This document shows positions 37,535-48,576 of a stretch of 64,000 nucleotides of DNA, in pieces (position 1 is the stretch's first letter; every line of letters starts with the position of its first letter). Under the pieces are notes generated by a model that saw nothing but the letters and a program-made list of their open reading frames with translations, was not told the DNA's origin and ran no database searches. Origin of the DNA: Neoconidiobolus thromboides FSU 785. Taxonomy: Eukaryota; Fungi; Entomophthoromycota. The translations under genes and the position numbers were made by a program. The stretch spans positions 62,001 to 126,000 of the forward strand of contig MU626282.1 of assembly GCA_025603075.1 (NCBI GenBank), given 5' to 3'.

Positions 37535-37604
37535 TTTAAGAGCACCCTTTTATTTTTTGGGCAAAGTTCGATTGTACAATAATTTTGGAAAAAACGCTAA
37601 ATAT

Positions 37605-37690
37605 AAGGTGTTTTTTTGGTTTCATCACTTTCCATTTTCTAATCATTACTTAAGTAGGAAAGCTGTAAGATTTTTAAAAAATAGATCCCA
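37605..37690 (+). mobile_element. MITE family copy 10 (degenerate), in the YAF9 promoter
   Basis: AT|AAGGTGTTTTTTTGGTTTCATCACTTTCCATTTTCT...TAGATCCCA|AT. Confidence 0.7.
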
Positions 37691-37770
37691 ATATGAGTAT
37701 GTCCAAATTAATTTTATTTTTAAAAACCCTACCTAAATTCTATAAAAATAAATTCTTTATTAAACTAAGT

Positions 37771-37860
37771 GGGGGTGTTTTTTTTGGCTTCATTACTTTT
37801 TTCATCTTTTAGATCCTATTTGAATGGGAAAGTTATTAGTAAAATTAAAAATACATCTCC
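37771..37860 (+). mobile_element. MITE family copy 11
   Basis: GGGGGTGTTTTTTTTGGCTTCATTAC...AAAAATACATCTCC. Confidence 0.85.
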
Positions 37861-38032
37861 AAGTACTTAACATAGTTTTAGGTTATTTTATTATAAGTTA
37901 TATTATAAATTAGCAGAATTTTTACTAAATTTAATAAAAATCCTTGGATTAACAAGACTTTTATTAGTATATTAAGTTAATAAATAGCTGCATAAGAGGG
38001 GGAGTAATTAACTTTTGTAAAAGTTAGTATTT

Positions 38033-38130
38033 GGTGATATGTTTTTATATTTAAGAATTTTACTAACAATTTTTCCACTCAAATAGTGCTTAAAAGACAG
38101 AAAAAGTGATGAAGCCAAAAAAACATCCCC
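38033..38130 (-). mobile_element. MITE family copy 12
   Basis: GGTGATATGTTTTT...TTCCACTCAAATAGTGCTT...GAAGCCAAAAAAACATCCCC|AT. Confidence 0.88.
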
Positions 38131-38213
38131 ATTTAGTAATTAGAGTTAAAGGCAGCTTTTGCTTAATTAACTAGTTATAAGTTAAAAAGACTTAAATTAT
38201 AAAGATAACATAT

Positions 38214-38312
38214 GGGGGTGTATTTTTGTGTTTAAAAACTTTATCAATAATTTTTCCACTCAAATAGTGCTTGAAAAATGGAAAAAGCAATGAAGCCAAA
38301 AAAACCACCCCC
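38214..38312 (-). mobile_element. MITE family copy 13
   Basis: AT|GGGGGTGTATTTTTG...GAAGCCAAAAAAACCACCCCC|AT. Confidence 0.9.
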
Positions 38313-38382
38313 ATATAATAACATTAATAAAAGTTACAAGACAAAGTAATATATAATATACTTTAATAAAATAAACTTAAAG

Positions 38383-38802
38383 TTAATAATAGTTTGACTT
38401 TTGGATATAAAAAGGCATCAGCTCAAGAGCAATCCCACGAGCAGCTATCATACAGTGTTCTCTTTCATAAGGAGGTAAAAAAGTAGAGTGGTATTTACAT
38501 AGTAAATAATATAACTCGTTAAATTTAAGGTATTTAAACTGATATTTGGGATTCAGAGTGCAATTATACTTAAAAAAATTGGAATCTCTTATAAATTTTA
38601 ATTTTTCTAAAAGAGCACTGGTATCAGTTCTTCCCATCACACTACGTTGATGATTTACTTGTACTTGAACATTGTGTAAACTATTTACTTCTTCTTCCTC
38701 TTCCTCTTCTTCAGTTTGAAATGGATCCAAGATGTTAAATTTCTTTTCACCTCTTGATCTGATAAAGCTATTGTCTTGAGCTAAATGGTAATTCATTATC
38801 AA
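38383..38802 (-). CDS. Hypothetical protein (about 139 aa), start uncertain
   Basis: Open frame of 420 nt in very AT-rich DNA with a poly-Glu run; no family recognised. Confidence 0.4.
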   Translation of the reverse strand: MIMNYHLAQDNSFIRSRGEKKFNILDPFQTEEEEEEEEVNSLHNVQVQVNHQRSVMGRTDTSALLEKLKFIRDSNFFKYNCTLNPKYQFKYLKFNELYYLLCKYHSTFLPPYEREHCMIAARGIALELMPFYIQKSNYY

Positions 38803-38967
38803 AAACCATTATTATAAATCCTTACTAATGTATTTATAGTTTTATTTACTACGTAATCTAAACTTGTATTTTTATGAAATGACTGTTTTTATGGTAAACC
38901 AATTAGAGAAAGGTATCATTTAAAGTAAATTAGATTTAAAAAAATTTAAAAAATTTGCATTTTTATA

Positions 38968-39612
38968 ATGGATAAACGTGCGAAATTAGAAGCCTTAGCA
39001 AAGAAGAAGAGAGAAGAAAGGGAAGAGGCCGAAAGAGCTAAAAAACGAACTAAACAAGCCAAACAAATTGAAAGTAAGAATAAAAAACAATAAAGTAAAC
39101 TGATTCATAAATTTTTAGGAAGTAAACCAATAGTCAAAAAGCCTGAAAAAAGTGACTATAAAGTAACAGAAAGGCCAAGTGGTAAGTGTTATTATATTCT
39201 AAGTGATAAATTTTAAATTCGACCAGGTATAAAAAGGCCTACCCCAATACCCAAAAATAGAGTATTTGAAAGGGTAAAACCAAACTCAGAAACTCTACAA
39301 AAGCCATTATTTGGGAGACAGAATGAAGACACATATGACGAAGGAGATGGGTTTGTAGTTGACAGTGAAGACGAAGAGGGAGAAGAGGAAGATGATTTCA
39401 GCGAAGAAAGTGAAGAGTCACCAAGACCAAAAAAGAAGGGCAAAAAAGTTAAAGAGGTAGCTAAAAAGAAAAAAAAGAGTCGACATTCCGACAGTGATGA
39501 AGGCTCAGATAATATCGATGAAGAAATCACGCTAGAGGATGAGTTAGAGGATTTAGATACCTCTGTAATTATTAAATCTGGGCCTGGTAGACGTACTCGC
39601 TCATCAAGATAA
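38968..39612 (+). CDS. Acidic/basic protein ending in a CHZ (H2A.Z chaperone Chz1/HIRIP3-type) motif, 3 exons
   Basis: Exons 38968-39073, 39119-39181, 39228-39612. C-terminus LEDELEDLDTSVIIKSGPGRRTRSSR* resembles the CHZ consensus E.D.SNII..GRRTR. Confidence 0.65.
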
Positions 39613-40278
39613 GTCTCCTAATCTATTTTTTAGTTCCGAACCAATTTAAAAGTTTAGGCAAAATAAGTATGTTTTTATTTTTATATTTTATATTTTTTAT
39701 ATTATAAATGTCTTGTAAGGATCGAGTACAAGTAGTTTGACTAAATCATTAAGATTCATTATTAATGCTTGAAAATGTTAAATAAAAATTAATTATAGAT
39801 AAACTAGAATAATTCTAAATCAAAAATCAAAATTTATAGTAAAAGATAAAATATAATGAAAGATGTTAGAATAAGACAATATCAAATATAAATGTAAAGT
39901 ATGAATATACATTTATTGAAAAAAGTACCAATATTTTATAATGAAAAATTATTATAAAATTTAAAATAGATGTATTGTGTGGTAATTTTAAACACAAGTA
40001 TTTTTGTCACTATTTAGATATTGCAACTTTGTTATAATTCAATAAACTGTTCTATATTTAGAGTTTTTTACTAAATAAAAAATTGTTTAACTATTTTAGA
40101 AATCATATTATTCAGATGATTCCGTATATGAAGACATACTTAATATAATATCACTATTATTGTATTTTAAAAAATTAACTAATTATGCAGATTTTGCATA
40201 TTGTTCCTTATGGTTTTAGAATAATACTTAAACTAGGAGTTTATAAGAATATTTTTTTAAAAAATTCACTCAGAGAGA

Positions 40279-40361
40279 TGATCAGGATGGGATTCGAACC
40301 CACGCCTCCGAAGAGACCGCGGCCTTAACACGGCGCCTTAGACCAACTCGGCCACCTGATC
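40279..40361 (-). tRNA. tRNA-Leu (anticodon AAG), 83 nt, long variable arm
   Basis: GATCAGGTGGCCGAGTTGGTCTAAGGCGCCGTGTTAAGGCCGCGGTCTCTTCGGAGGCGTGGGTTCGAATCCCATCCTGATCA; A and B boxes, acceptor stem, T-run terminator about 15 nt downstream. Confidence 0.97.
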
Positions 40362-41143
40362 TTCTTGCTAATTTAACATTGTCAATTATTTATTAATTTA
40401 TTTTTTGCGATCTTATCAAATCTATTGATTAACATCGAAGTAAAACTGGTTGTATTTGAATATCATTATTGCTTTAATTTATTATTGACTTTCTTTATGT
40501 GAATTTAATGATTTTAATAAATTTACTATCTTGACTTTACATAAGACATCAGCATTAAATTTAAATAGACACAAAAATTATTTCTACCAATTTTATAAAA
40601 ATAGTTTAATTTATTAAAGATACTCAATCTCAAATGTATACTGTATACCAAGTATTTATAATTGGCAGTTAGTATTATTACACTGATCCGAACTTTGATA
40701 CTTAAATTTTAATTATTAAACGAACAGTTGAATTTATTCATCTGTAAGTTTAATTTTTAATCTACTCCTTTTATCATCTGATTTTAAGCTTGAACAGTTA
40801 GAATTGTCGGAATTAAGCTAGTTTCCGAAGCTTATAAGCATCCCACTGACCCACGTACTTTTAACAGTGAACATAATATATTTATTAGAATTAGAATCAG
40901 AATAGAGTATATAAGTAAAATAACTAATTTACTTCATTATTTGTTTACTATTTAAAATAAATTTACATTATAAAAATGGTATTTAAGCTATAAATAGCCT
41001 TTTTAAAATAATAAAATAAATGGCTAATACCAAGAGATAGTGCCAAGAGTAAATATCATCCATTAATACATGATATATATACCTTAGAAATAAACAAGCT
41101 GCCTAATTATAATATTCGAGTAACAACACAATTATAGTCTCAT

Positions 41144-41743
41144 ATGAAATTCTTTAACACAATTGTTTTATTAACCAGCGGCATCTATTGCTCCAAAGAA
41201 GTCTATGATGGGGACTTTAATCAGCCATTGCCTCCTAGACTCTATGGGAAATTTTCTGCTAATTACATGCAACATAAGTGGAATAGTATCAATATGAGCC
41301 ATGTGTCTGCTGGGATGATTTATCATTCTTACAACGATAAAAAAATCCGAGTTGACGGTGCTAATGAAGGAGGGGTATTGATGAGCTCATCCTTTGATTT
41401 TGCTAATGTTACTAATGAAGGCGTTAGTAATCGAATTGTGGAATTAGGAAAGAAAGATGATCAATACTATCGTATTCCAATTCCAGCTTTTCCATTAGTT
41501 GATCCATCGTTACTTATCACTAATAATGCAATATTTACAGGCTATGGTATGGATGAGTTGTACGGAAAAGTTGAACAATGGAATGTGATTAAGAACAACC
41601 TTAATGTCCAATTTTTTATTAAAGATAAAAAATTTATACGTTATGACTTTTGGTCAGAATACAATCGCACTTACACTACTACTCGATTCTTTAATATTAA
41701 GTATGACGTACCTTCAAGCATCTTTAAATATGATACAAATTAA
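41144..41743 (+). CDS. Secreted beta-rich protein of unknown function (199 aa), possibly ependymin/LolA-like fold
   Basis: Intronless ORF with an N-terminal signal peptide; FSANYMQHKWN..G.IY.S....KIRVD pattern. Fold assignment is inference. Confidence 0.75.
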   Translation: MKFFNTIVLLTSGIYCSKEVYDGDFNQPLPPRLYGKFSANYMQHKWNSINMSHVSAGMIYHSYNDKKIRVDGANEGGVLMSSSFDFANVTNEGVSNRIVELGKKDDQYYRIPIPAFPLVDPSLLITNNAIFTGYGMDELYGKVEQWNVIKNNLNVQFFIKDKKFIRYDFWSEYNRTYTTTRFFNIKYDVPSSIFKYDTN

Positions 41744-42033
41744 CAAAACCACTAATTAGATGTTGGTTTATTTTACTATCTTAGATTTATCATTTTATAA
41801 TTAAACCACATATATAGCACTTTCAACCGATTATAACTATCTCAAAAAAATATTTGAACAAGCTGTCATAAAAAATTTCAATAATAAATATTAGGAAAAT
41901 ATAATATATATATTTATCATCAGTTTTTATAATTAAATGCGAATAATTTCTATTACTTTATTCTATATTTTGTTTTTTAATTATTATTGAAAAAATTTAG
42001 CTTATTCAAATTTTTAGAGAATTGTAAAATTAT

Positions 42034-42111
42034 GGCGTTTTTTTGCTAATATTTTTTCCGCTCAAACAGTTTAAAAGATGGAAAAAGTAATGAAGCCAAA
42101 AAAACACCCTT
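42034..42111 (-). mobile_element. MITE family copy 14 (internally deleted)
   Basis: TTCCGCTCAAACAGTTTAAAAGATGGAAAAAGTAATGAAGCCAAAAAAACACCCTT|AT. Confidence 0.8.
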
Positions 42112-42464
42112 ATTTGTTAAAAATTTTGCACTAAATAATCGAAATCAAGTTTGACAGATTTTCATTAAACTTTATAAGCAAGGATCACTTTTTTGATTAT
42201 GTAACTTTTAATATAATACCCTATTCTAAGTATTTAAACAAATTAACAGCTTTAATATATTTGATAAATGATAGTATTTTTTATTTGTATTAAACCAGAT
42301 TGAGTTTTCCTAAATTTAAATAGTCTTTTAAGCTTTTTTTAAATATATTGTATAACTAAAAACTAACTTTACATACATTTGATAATAACTAGCTTATTTA
42401 AATAACATAATTCAAACTTATGTACAGTTATATAGAGCTGTGCCATAATAAAAATAAAAATAAT

Positions 42465-42596
42465 GAGGATGTTCAAATTGGTTTTATTTTTCTATATAAT
42501 TTTTAAACATTTTATATTTTGAAAATTACTCCAAGTTCTATAAAAATAAGCCTTTTAGTAAAAACTGGAAATACTTAAACACAAAAATACACCCCC
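42465..42596 (+). mobile_element. MITE family copy 15 (clear right end, degenerate left part)
   Basis: CTTAAACACAAAAATACACCCCC|AT at 42574-42598; possible left end AT|GAGGATGTT at 42465. Confidence 0.6.
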
Positions 42597-42600
42597 ATAT

Positions 42601-42684
42601 GTTAAGGATTTTCCTAACAATTCTTTCTTCTGCTCAAATAGTGATTAAAAGATGGAAAAAGTGATGAAGCCAAAAACATCCCCC
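42601..42684 (-). mobile_element. MITE family copy 16 (one end missing)
   Basis: GCTCAAATAGTGATTAAAAGATGGAAAAAGTGATGAAGCCAAAAACATCCCCC. Confidence 0.8.
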
Positions 42685-43660
42685 GTGTTCTAAATTATTT
42701 TATCAAATTTAATAAAAATTCCTAAATTAATAAGATTTCTATTAATATAACTTATATATTAATATTGATCAAAGTTGTGATATATAAATAAATAAACATT
42801 TTTATAAAACCTCGTTAAAAAATATTTACTTACATACTACAACTTTAAAAGTTATATCAGTAAGTGCTCTGGTAATCCGGGAATTCCTATTAAATTTAAT
42901 ATAAATTATAATAAAGTAATTTAAAACTATGGTAAGTACTTTTATTTTTTAATAAAGCACTTATTTTTATAGAGTTTTAAGTAAAGTTTTTAGCACAAAA
43001 TATTTAAAAATTGGATAAAAAATCAAATTCAGATGTTCTCATATACTATCAATTATAAAACCAATGACAAAATAGCTGAATAAAATTGCTGATCCTCTGT
43101 ACTTTGCGTTATTTGCAAAAAGACTACATGGGATGGGCATTTCCACCAACAGCATTTAAGTCCATTTCCTTGCTACATCTTTCAGTTCTCACAGATCAAT
43201 AAAAAAATATATTTTTTGTTTCAATATTTTGTCTATTTTATGTAGAAAAGATTGGTGACTTATTAGTTGAAAAAGAGATATTCTCATGTTATACATATAT
43301 GATCTTTTCTATATTAATAATAAGTTGAATTATGTATGCAGTTGAAATAAAAATTTATAAAAACTCTACTATCCAAGTTTTTATAATAACTGTATAAAGC
43401 TACCTTGATTTGCTAAGCTTCTATACAATAATATTTATTTAATAACCCCATTTTGACCAACAACCCATTTAATCAGCTTTCTGCCTTATAAATCTAAGTT
43501 GGGATAATATTAAAGTGGTTCATTTAATTTTAAATAATTTATTGCAGTTGATGAGGAAGAGTATTATTATATTAGGAAAGTATATAATAAAATATAAGAA
43601 AAGAGTGTTTATTAATTTTATCGTTCTGTTTTATAAATATTATTGTATTGCGATTGCAAA

Positions 43661-44897
43661 ATGGAGATCTTTTCTTTAGTTGTTTCTTCACTGCAAGCAT
43701 TTATACAAGTAGCCTGTGTTTCTCTGTTTGGCTTCATATTAACGAGAAGAGATATAATTGATAAAGCAATTCAAAGTAAGTTTCAATAATAAAGGTTTAT
43801 TAGTATAACTTATTAACAGTCAAATTATAGGGATTATCAAAAATTAATGTACAGTTTTTTACCCCATGTTTATTATTTACCAAGATGGCATCAAATGCCA
43901 CTTTGACTACACATTTAAGTATGTGGCCAATCCCTACTATTTATTTCACCTTATTTTTAGTATGCTGGAGTATATCAAAGCTTGGCTCAAAGATTTTAGG
44001 TTTACCTGAGCCTATGCGCAAATTTGTTACTTTAGCTTCTATTACCCCGAGTGGTAACTCTTTACCAATATCTTTGATTTAAAGTGTAACTATTAGCTCC
44101 GTTGCCAACCATCTTCTTCGCAATGAAAACGACACCTTAAAATAGATAGGGGGAGAGGAATTATGTATATTGTTTTATTTGTTGCAGTTTCTAATATTAT
44201 AAGATGAAGTTATGGCATCACTTTAATTCAAAATCCAGAAAATAAAGCATGTGACACTATCGAAGATAGAAAAAATAACAACAGTATAGTTCATACTAAA
44301 CCACCGCCTATAGTTAAGAGTAAACCTCAAAGTATTCCACTCTATCAGAGATTTGTAAGTTTTATTAGACCAGTATTCTCAAGTATTTATAACTTTTTTA
44401 ATCCACCCTTAGTTGCAATTTTCGCTGCTTTATTAGTCGGGTCTATTCCTCAGCTTAAAGGATTATTATATGGTCCATCACCTATATTCGGAGCAGTTGC
44501 TAAAGCTTTAGAGGCATGTGGTGGGGCTGCTATTCCTATTGTTCTTATCAGGCTAGGATCTAATATATTTATGTTACTACAAGGATCTAAAAGTGTAAAC
44601 ATCCGAGTTGTAGGTTTAATTATTACAATTCGATTTTTGTTGGGGCCATTGGTAGTCATAGGTTTACTTGTTTTAGCAAAACCATAGTTCTACTTGGGTC
44701 ATGGCCCAGTGTTCATATTAGCTATGATGATAGTAGTATCTACCCCAACAGCTATCAACTTATTGAATATTTGTCAATCTGTTAACAAGTTCGAAGAAAT
44801 GTCTATACTACTTTTGTACTCATACATACTCTGTCTTCCTATCATGACTTTATTGGTTACACTTTATTTATGTATCATTCAAATTTTACAGTTTTAA
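43661..44897 (+). pseudogene. Auxin efflux carrier (AEC/PIN-like, Ecm3-type) membrane transporter pseudogene
   Basis: MEIFSLVVSSLQAFIQV...LSKINVQFFTPCLLFTKMAS...GNSLPISLI, RGIMYI..IR*SYG, FLNPPLVA, LLIMM...PTAINL. Interrupted by in-frame stops (about 44080, 44143, 44206, 44685) and a frameshift near 44150. Confidence 0.88.
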
Positions 44898-45182
44898 TAA
44901 TCATAACAATTTTTCATTTTACTTATATTAAATTTATAGTAAATTATTATTATAAACGCTATATTTTTGATTAAATTTGATATTTTCATTTTTTACCATT
45001 ATTTTGTAGTTATTACCAAAGCATAAAATTTGAAATTGTTAGTTTAATCAAGTAAAAACATGCCTATAAATTTTACTACCAGCTTGATAGGCTAAATTTT
45101 TTGAGAAATAAAAATTAGAATGAAGCTTTCAGTTTCACCAACTTTCATTTTCTATCTTTTTGACAAATAAATTAAACAAACT

Positions 45183-45830
45183 ATGATCATACAAGGCGCA
45201 AACGCGTATTGGAACAAAGTACTAAGCTCAAATCAGGAAGACATCAAAGATTTTACTCAATTATTGAGTCGAATGCATGCTGCAAGGAAAGAAGTTGAAA
45301 GGAATGTAGATGCTTATATTCAAAAAAAAGATGTTAAACAGCAATTTAAAGGAGAGAAGGCTGTTAACTCAACGATGATTACTAACAATAAAAACAGGTA
45401 AGTGTTGAACTTCATATATCCATGTAACAATGCATTAATTTATTTCATTAGTTTTGGTCTAGGAATGACTTTAGAAGAATTCAAGAAGAGAAAGACAACT
45501 CAAAATAATGCTAAAGCTCAAGTTGAACAAGAAAAATTGAATAATTTAAAACGAATTGTTGAAGACAAAGAAGATAGTAAATATAACAACCCAAAAAACG
45601 AAACTTTAAAGCCTAACGGTACACCTATAATCAATAATAAAAAGAACAAATGGAAAAAGTCGGTTAACGATGGAAGAGAGCTACAAGAGTTTTACTTTAG
45701 TAATACAAATCAACATAACAGTAAAGCAGATTCGGATGGAAGATATGTGAGAGTAAAAGCAAATAAGAAAAAGAAAAAGGCAAATGGTGTTAACAGTACT
45801 AGCCAAGTAACAGAACAAACTAATTTATAA
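45183..45830 (+). CDS. Hypothetical Lys/Asn-rich protein, 2 exons
   Basis: Exon from 45183 (MIIQGANAYWNKVLSSNQED..) joined through a GTAAGT..TTAG intron to the frame FGLGMTLEEFKKRK...KKKKKANG; no family recognised. Confidence 0.6.
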
Positions 45831-45953
45831 TATAATATAATAAACATATTTTTTTAATATATATTTTCCAACTTTACTAAAATACTAATAGTTCAAAAGA
45901 TTTTAATAATAAAATTTAAATTAAATAATTATTATTTTTATTTGCAAAATAAC

Positions 45954-46548
45954 TTAGTAGAAATAACCAAGAATTTTACCACCAGTGTGCTTACGACGAG
46001 CTTCTTCGTGGTCCATAATACCGGCAGAAGTAGTAAGTACAATATAACCTACGGAACGAGAAGGAAGTAAATCAGTAATCCATTTTTCAATTTCGGTGAT
46101 TTGAATGTTGAAACGTGGGGAAATAACACCACATTTGTTAAGACGGCCATTAAGTTGGATAACTAATTTACCGGAACGATGGTCATCGATCTCTTCGAAT
46201 TCCTCAATGTAACCTAAATTATGAATTAATATTTGTCATCTAATAAAAATTGTGTAATTTAAAACTAATATAAAAACTACAAATATTCTCACTAGAATAT
46301 TAATTTACCAAAGGCTAAAAGAAAAAGTAGGTGGAAACCTCTTATCATAAAGATAAAAGAATTACTTTCTCCAGTTATGCTTTGGCTGAACTTGATTAAG
46401 TAAATAAAAACTTACCATGCTTTTGCATAACGGTTAAGAATTTGATAATAACCTTGGAGGTTGGACGAACGAGAACTTGACGTTTTCCTTTCTTTTCAGC
46501 ATTGCTGATAGATTTAAGACAATCGTGTAATACGGAAATTCTGACCAT
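45954..46548 (-). CDS. RPS22: 40S ribosomal protein S22/S15A (uS8), 130 aa
   Basis: Missed by ORF track. Exon 46416-46548 [29 protein letters not shown]..., 202-nt intron 46214-46415, exon 45954-46213 [16 protein letters not shown]...GGKILGYFY*. Confidence 0.98.
46248..46392 (-). ncRNA. Intronic box H/ACA snoRNA, snR44-like, predicted to guide 18S pseudouridine (yeast Psi106 equivalent)
   Basis: Inside the unusually long RPS22 intron: hairpin closed by CCAAAG/CTTTGG, pocket arms ATAACT and TTTAG complementary to 18S UUAAA-UC-AGUUAU, H box AAATTA 14 nt from the pocket, second hairpin, ACA box. Confidence 0.75.
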
Positions 46549-47514
46549 TTTTTATATAGCACTACTAATCGATTTGTTAATATTCTTGTTCATTAAACTA
46601 AATAGAGTGTCGCAATAAAAATAAATAACAGTTTATAATGGTATGCGATTCTATATAGTTGTTATTAGCTTATGTAATATAAGCTAATAACTTATTCAAA
46701 GGTATCTTTGCTAAGATTTCTTGAATAATAATACAAGTTCACCATAAATTAGAGTTCATCTTCCCATTTAAATGTATTCGAGTTTATATTTTAATAGTAA
46801 TATAAACTTACCCTTAAGCAAGAGAGGTTATTAAAGTAAAAGGAGGATTTTTTTATAGAATTTCAGTTTTACTAGTAGCTTTTGCTATTCTAATAAAAAA
46901 TTTTAATCCCCTGCTTTTATTTGTCAAAGTTTTTTTTTGCACAATTTCTGCACTTACTTTTCTGGATTTCAAGCTTAATATTTATGGGATTTGTTGAGAT
47001 TTTTTAGAAGTTCCTGTAGTTTTTTCCTAAAAAGCAGAAAGTTATTGGTTGCAGCATAAATTTAAAATTATAGAAGTTTCTAGCTTAGTAAATCTTGCTA
47101 AAATTTAGAAATTATAGTAAATATTTTATCTGTTGCAGCTCTACATCCCTACCGGCTTTTCCTGCTAAAACCAATTTAGATACTTTAAAAAACTTAAACT
47201 GATAAAAAATATCGAAGTTATCAATAGATATTTAGAGTAGTATCACTTAAAGAATCCGGCTTTAATATTTTTATGAAAATGAGTCAAAATTAAAATCAAA
47301 CTATTCAAAACACTATTAAAATAGGTATATTTAAATTAAACTGATTCGACTCTTAAAATCTAAGGCTACTTACTATTTTTAGTAACTGTATTAAAATTAT
47401 AGTTTATTAGCATTCTAATATGTTAGCAACTTAAAAATGAAAATAAGTGGATTAGTAAAAGAGATCATGTTAAAAAAGAAATTGTTATTTTATTAAATAT
47501 AATCAATCAATAAA

Positions 47515-48576
47515 CTAAGGAATGAGTACTAATTTACCAGTAGATTTGCGACCTTCCAATTCATTATGAGCGTCAGCAACTTGTTTCAAAGGGAAAGTTT
47601 TGATATTAAAAATCTCTACTTTTTTATCAGCAAAAAGTTTGAATAGTTCCTTGTTATAGTTATCAAATGAATCATCTCCAGTAAAAAAGCTAAATAAAGA
47701 AGTACGCATAAGCTTAACACTTTTAGCTGTTAATTTAAATATATCAACTGGTGGCACTTTACCAGAGGCGTTTCCAAAAGACACAAAGGTGGCTAAATGC
47801 CCACATGACTTTAAGCTCCCTTCAAATGTATCCTTACCTACACCATCAAAGACAGCTTGTACCCCTTTACCGTTAGTAATTTCTAATACCTTTTCACCAA
47901 AATCTTCTTTGCTATATAAAATAGTATGGTCGGCACCAGCTTTCTTTACTAATTCTGCTTTTGCTTCAGTTGATACGGTTCCGATTACTTTGGCTCCAAA
48001 ATATTTGCTCAATTGAACTAAGAGTAAACCAACACCACCCGCAGCTGCATGGACTAATACGGTATCACCCTTCTTTACTTGGTAGGACTCAGTTACCATA
48101 GTGTATGCGGTAAGACCTTGTAAGGGAATAGAGGCAGCAACTTCAAAGTCTAAGTTATCCGGAACAATGGAGGCTAAATTTTGTGGCACTGGGGTATAAT
48201 TAGCATAAGAACCTTGGGTCATATAAGCTACTCTATCCCCTTTCTTAAATTTTGTTACTTTGCTTCCTACTTCTTCCACTATACCAGCACCTTCTCTTCC
48301 AAGTACAAATGGTAATTGAGTTGGATATAAACCGCTACGTTGATAAGTATCAATAAAGTTAATACCAATTGCCTTGTTATTAACTAAAATTTGATCGTCT
48401 TTAATTTGTGGCTTTTGTGCTTCTTTATAGTCTAAAACTTCAACACCTCCATTTTTTGTTAATTCAATAGCGTAACTCATCTTTGATGTTTTTCTTGTTG
48501 TTTGTTTAAAAGTTTGATAGAGTGGTGTATTTATATATCTTTTGGATAATAAAATTGTTGGAGTTAACCTTAACAT
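47515..48576 (-). CDS. ZTA1: NADPH:quinone oxidoreductase (zeta-crystallin/Zta1/Qor type)
   Basis: AIGINFIDTYQRSGLY, LGREGAG, VLVHAAAGGVG, VFDGVGKDTF, FGNASG, GRKSTGKLVL; possible mitochondrial presequence before MSY. Confidence 0.92.
   Translation of the reverse strand: MLRLTPTILLSKRYINTPLYQTFKQTTRKTSKMSYAIELTKNGGVEVLDYKEAQKPQIKDDQILVNNKAIGINFIDTYQRSGLYPTQLPFVLGREGAGIVEEVGSKVTKFKKGDRVAYMTQGSYANYTPVPQNLASIVPDNLDFEVAASIPLQGLTAYTMVTESYQVKKGDTVLVHAAAGGVGLLLVQLSKYFGAKVIGTVSTEAKAELVKKAGADHTILYSKEDFGEKVLEITNGKGVQAVFDGVGKDTFEGSLKSCGHLATFVSFGNASGKVPPVDIFKLTAKSVKLMRTSLFSFFTGDDSFDNYNKELFKLFADKKVEIFNIKTFPLKQVADAHNELEGRKSTGKLVLIP

Noticed and set aside
37407-37736. 109-aa plus-strand ORF
   Set aside because: Overlaps YAF9 5' exons antisense and MITE copy 10.
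19620-44900. Idea of TAA/TAG reassignment to Gln, prompted by stops at Gln-like positions in two decayed regions
   Set aside because: Conserved genes (RPS13, RPS22, GLN4, MDH, PCCA) end in TAA at the expected position and use CAA/CAG internally; the standard code fits.
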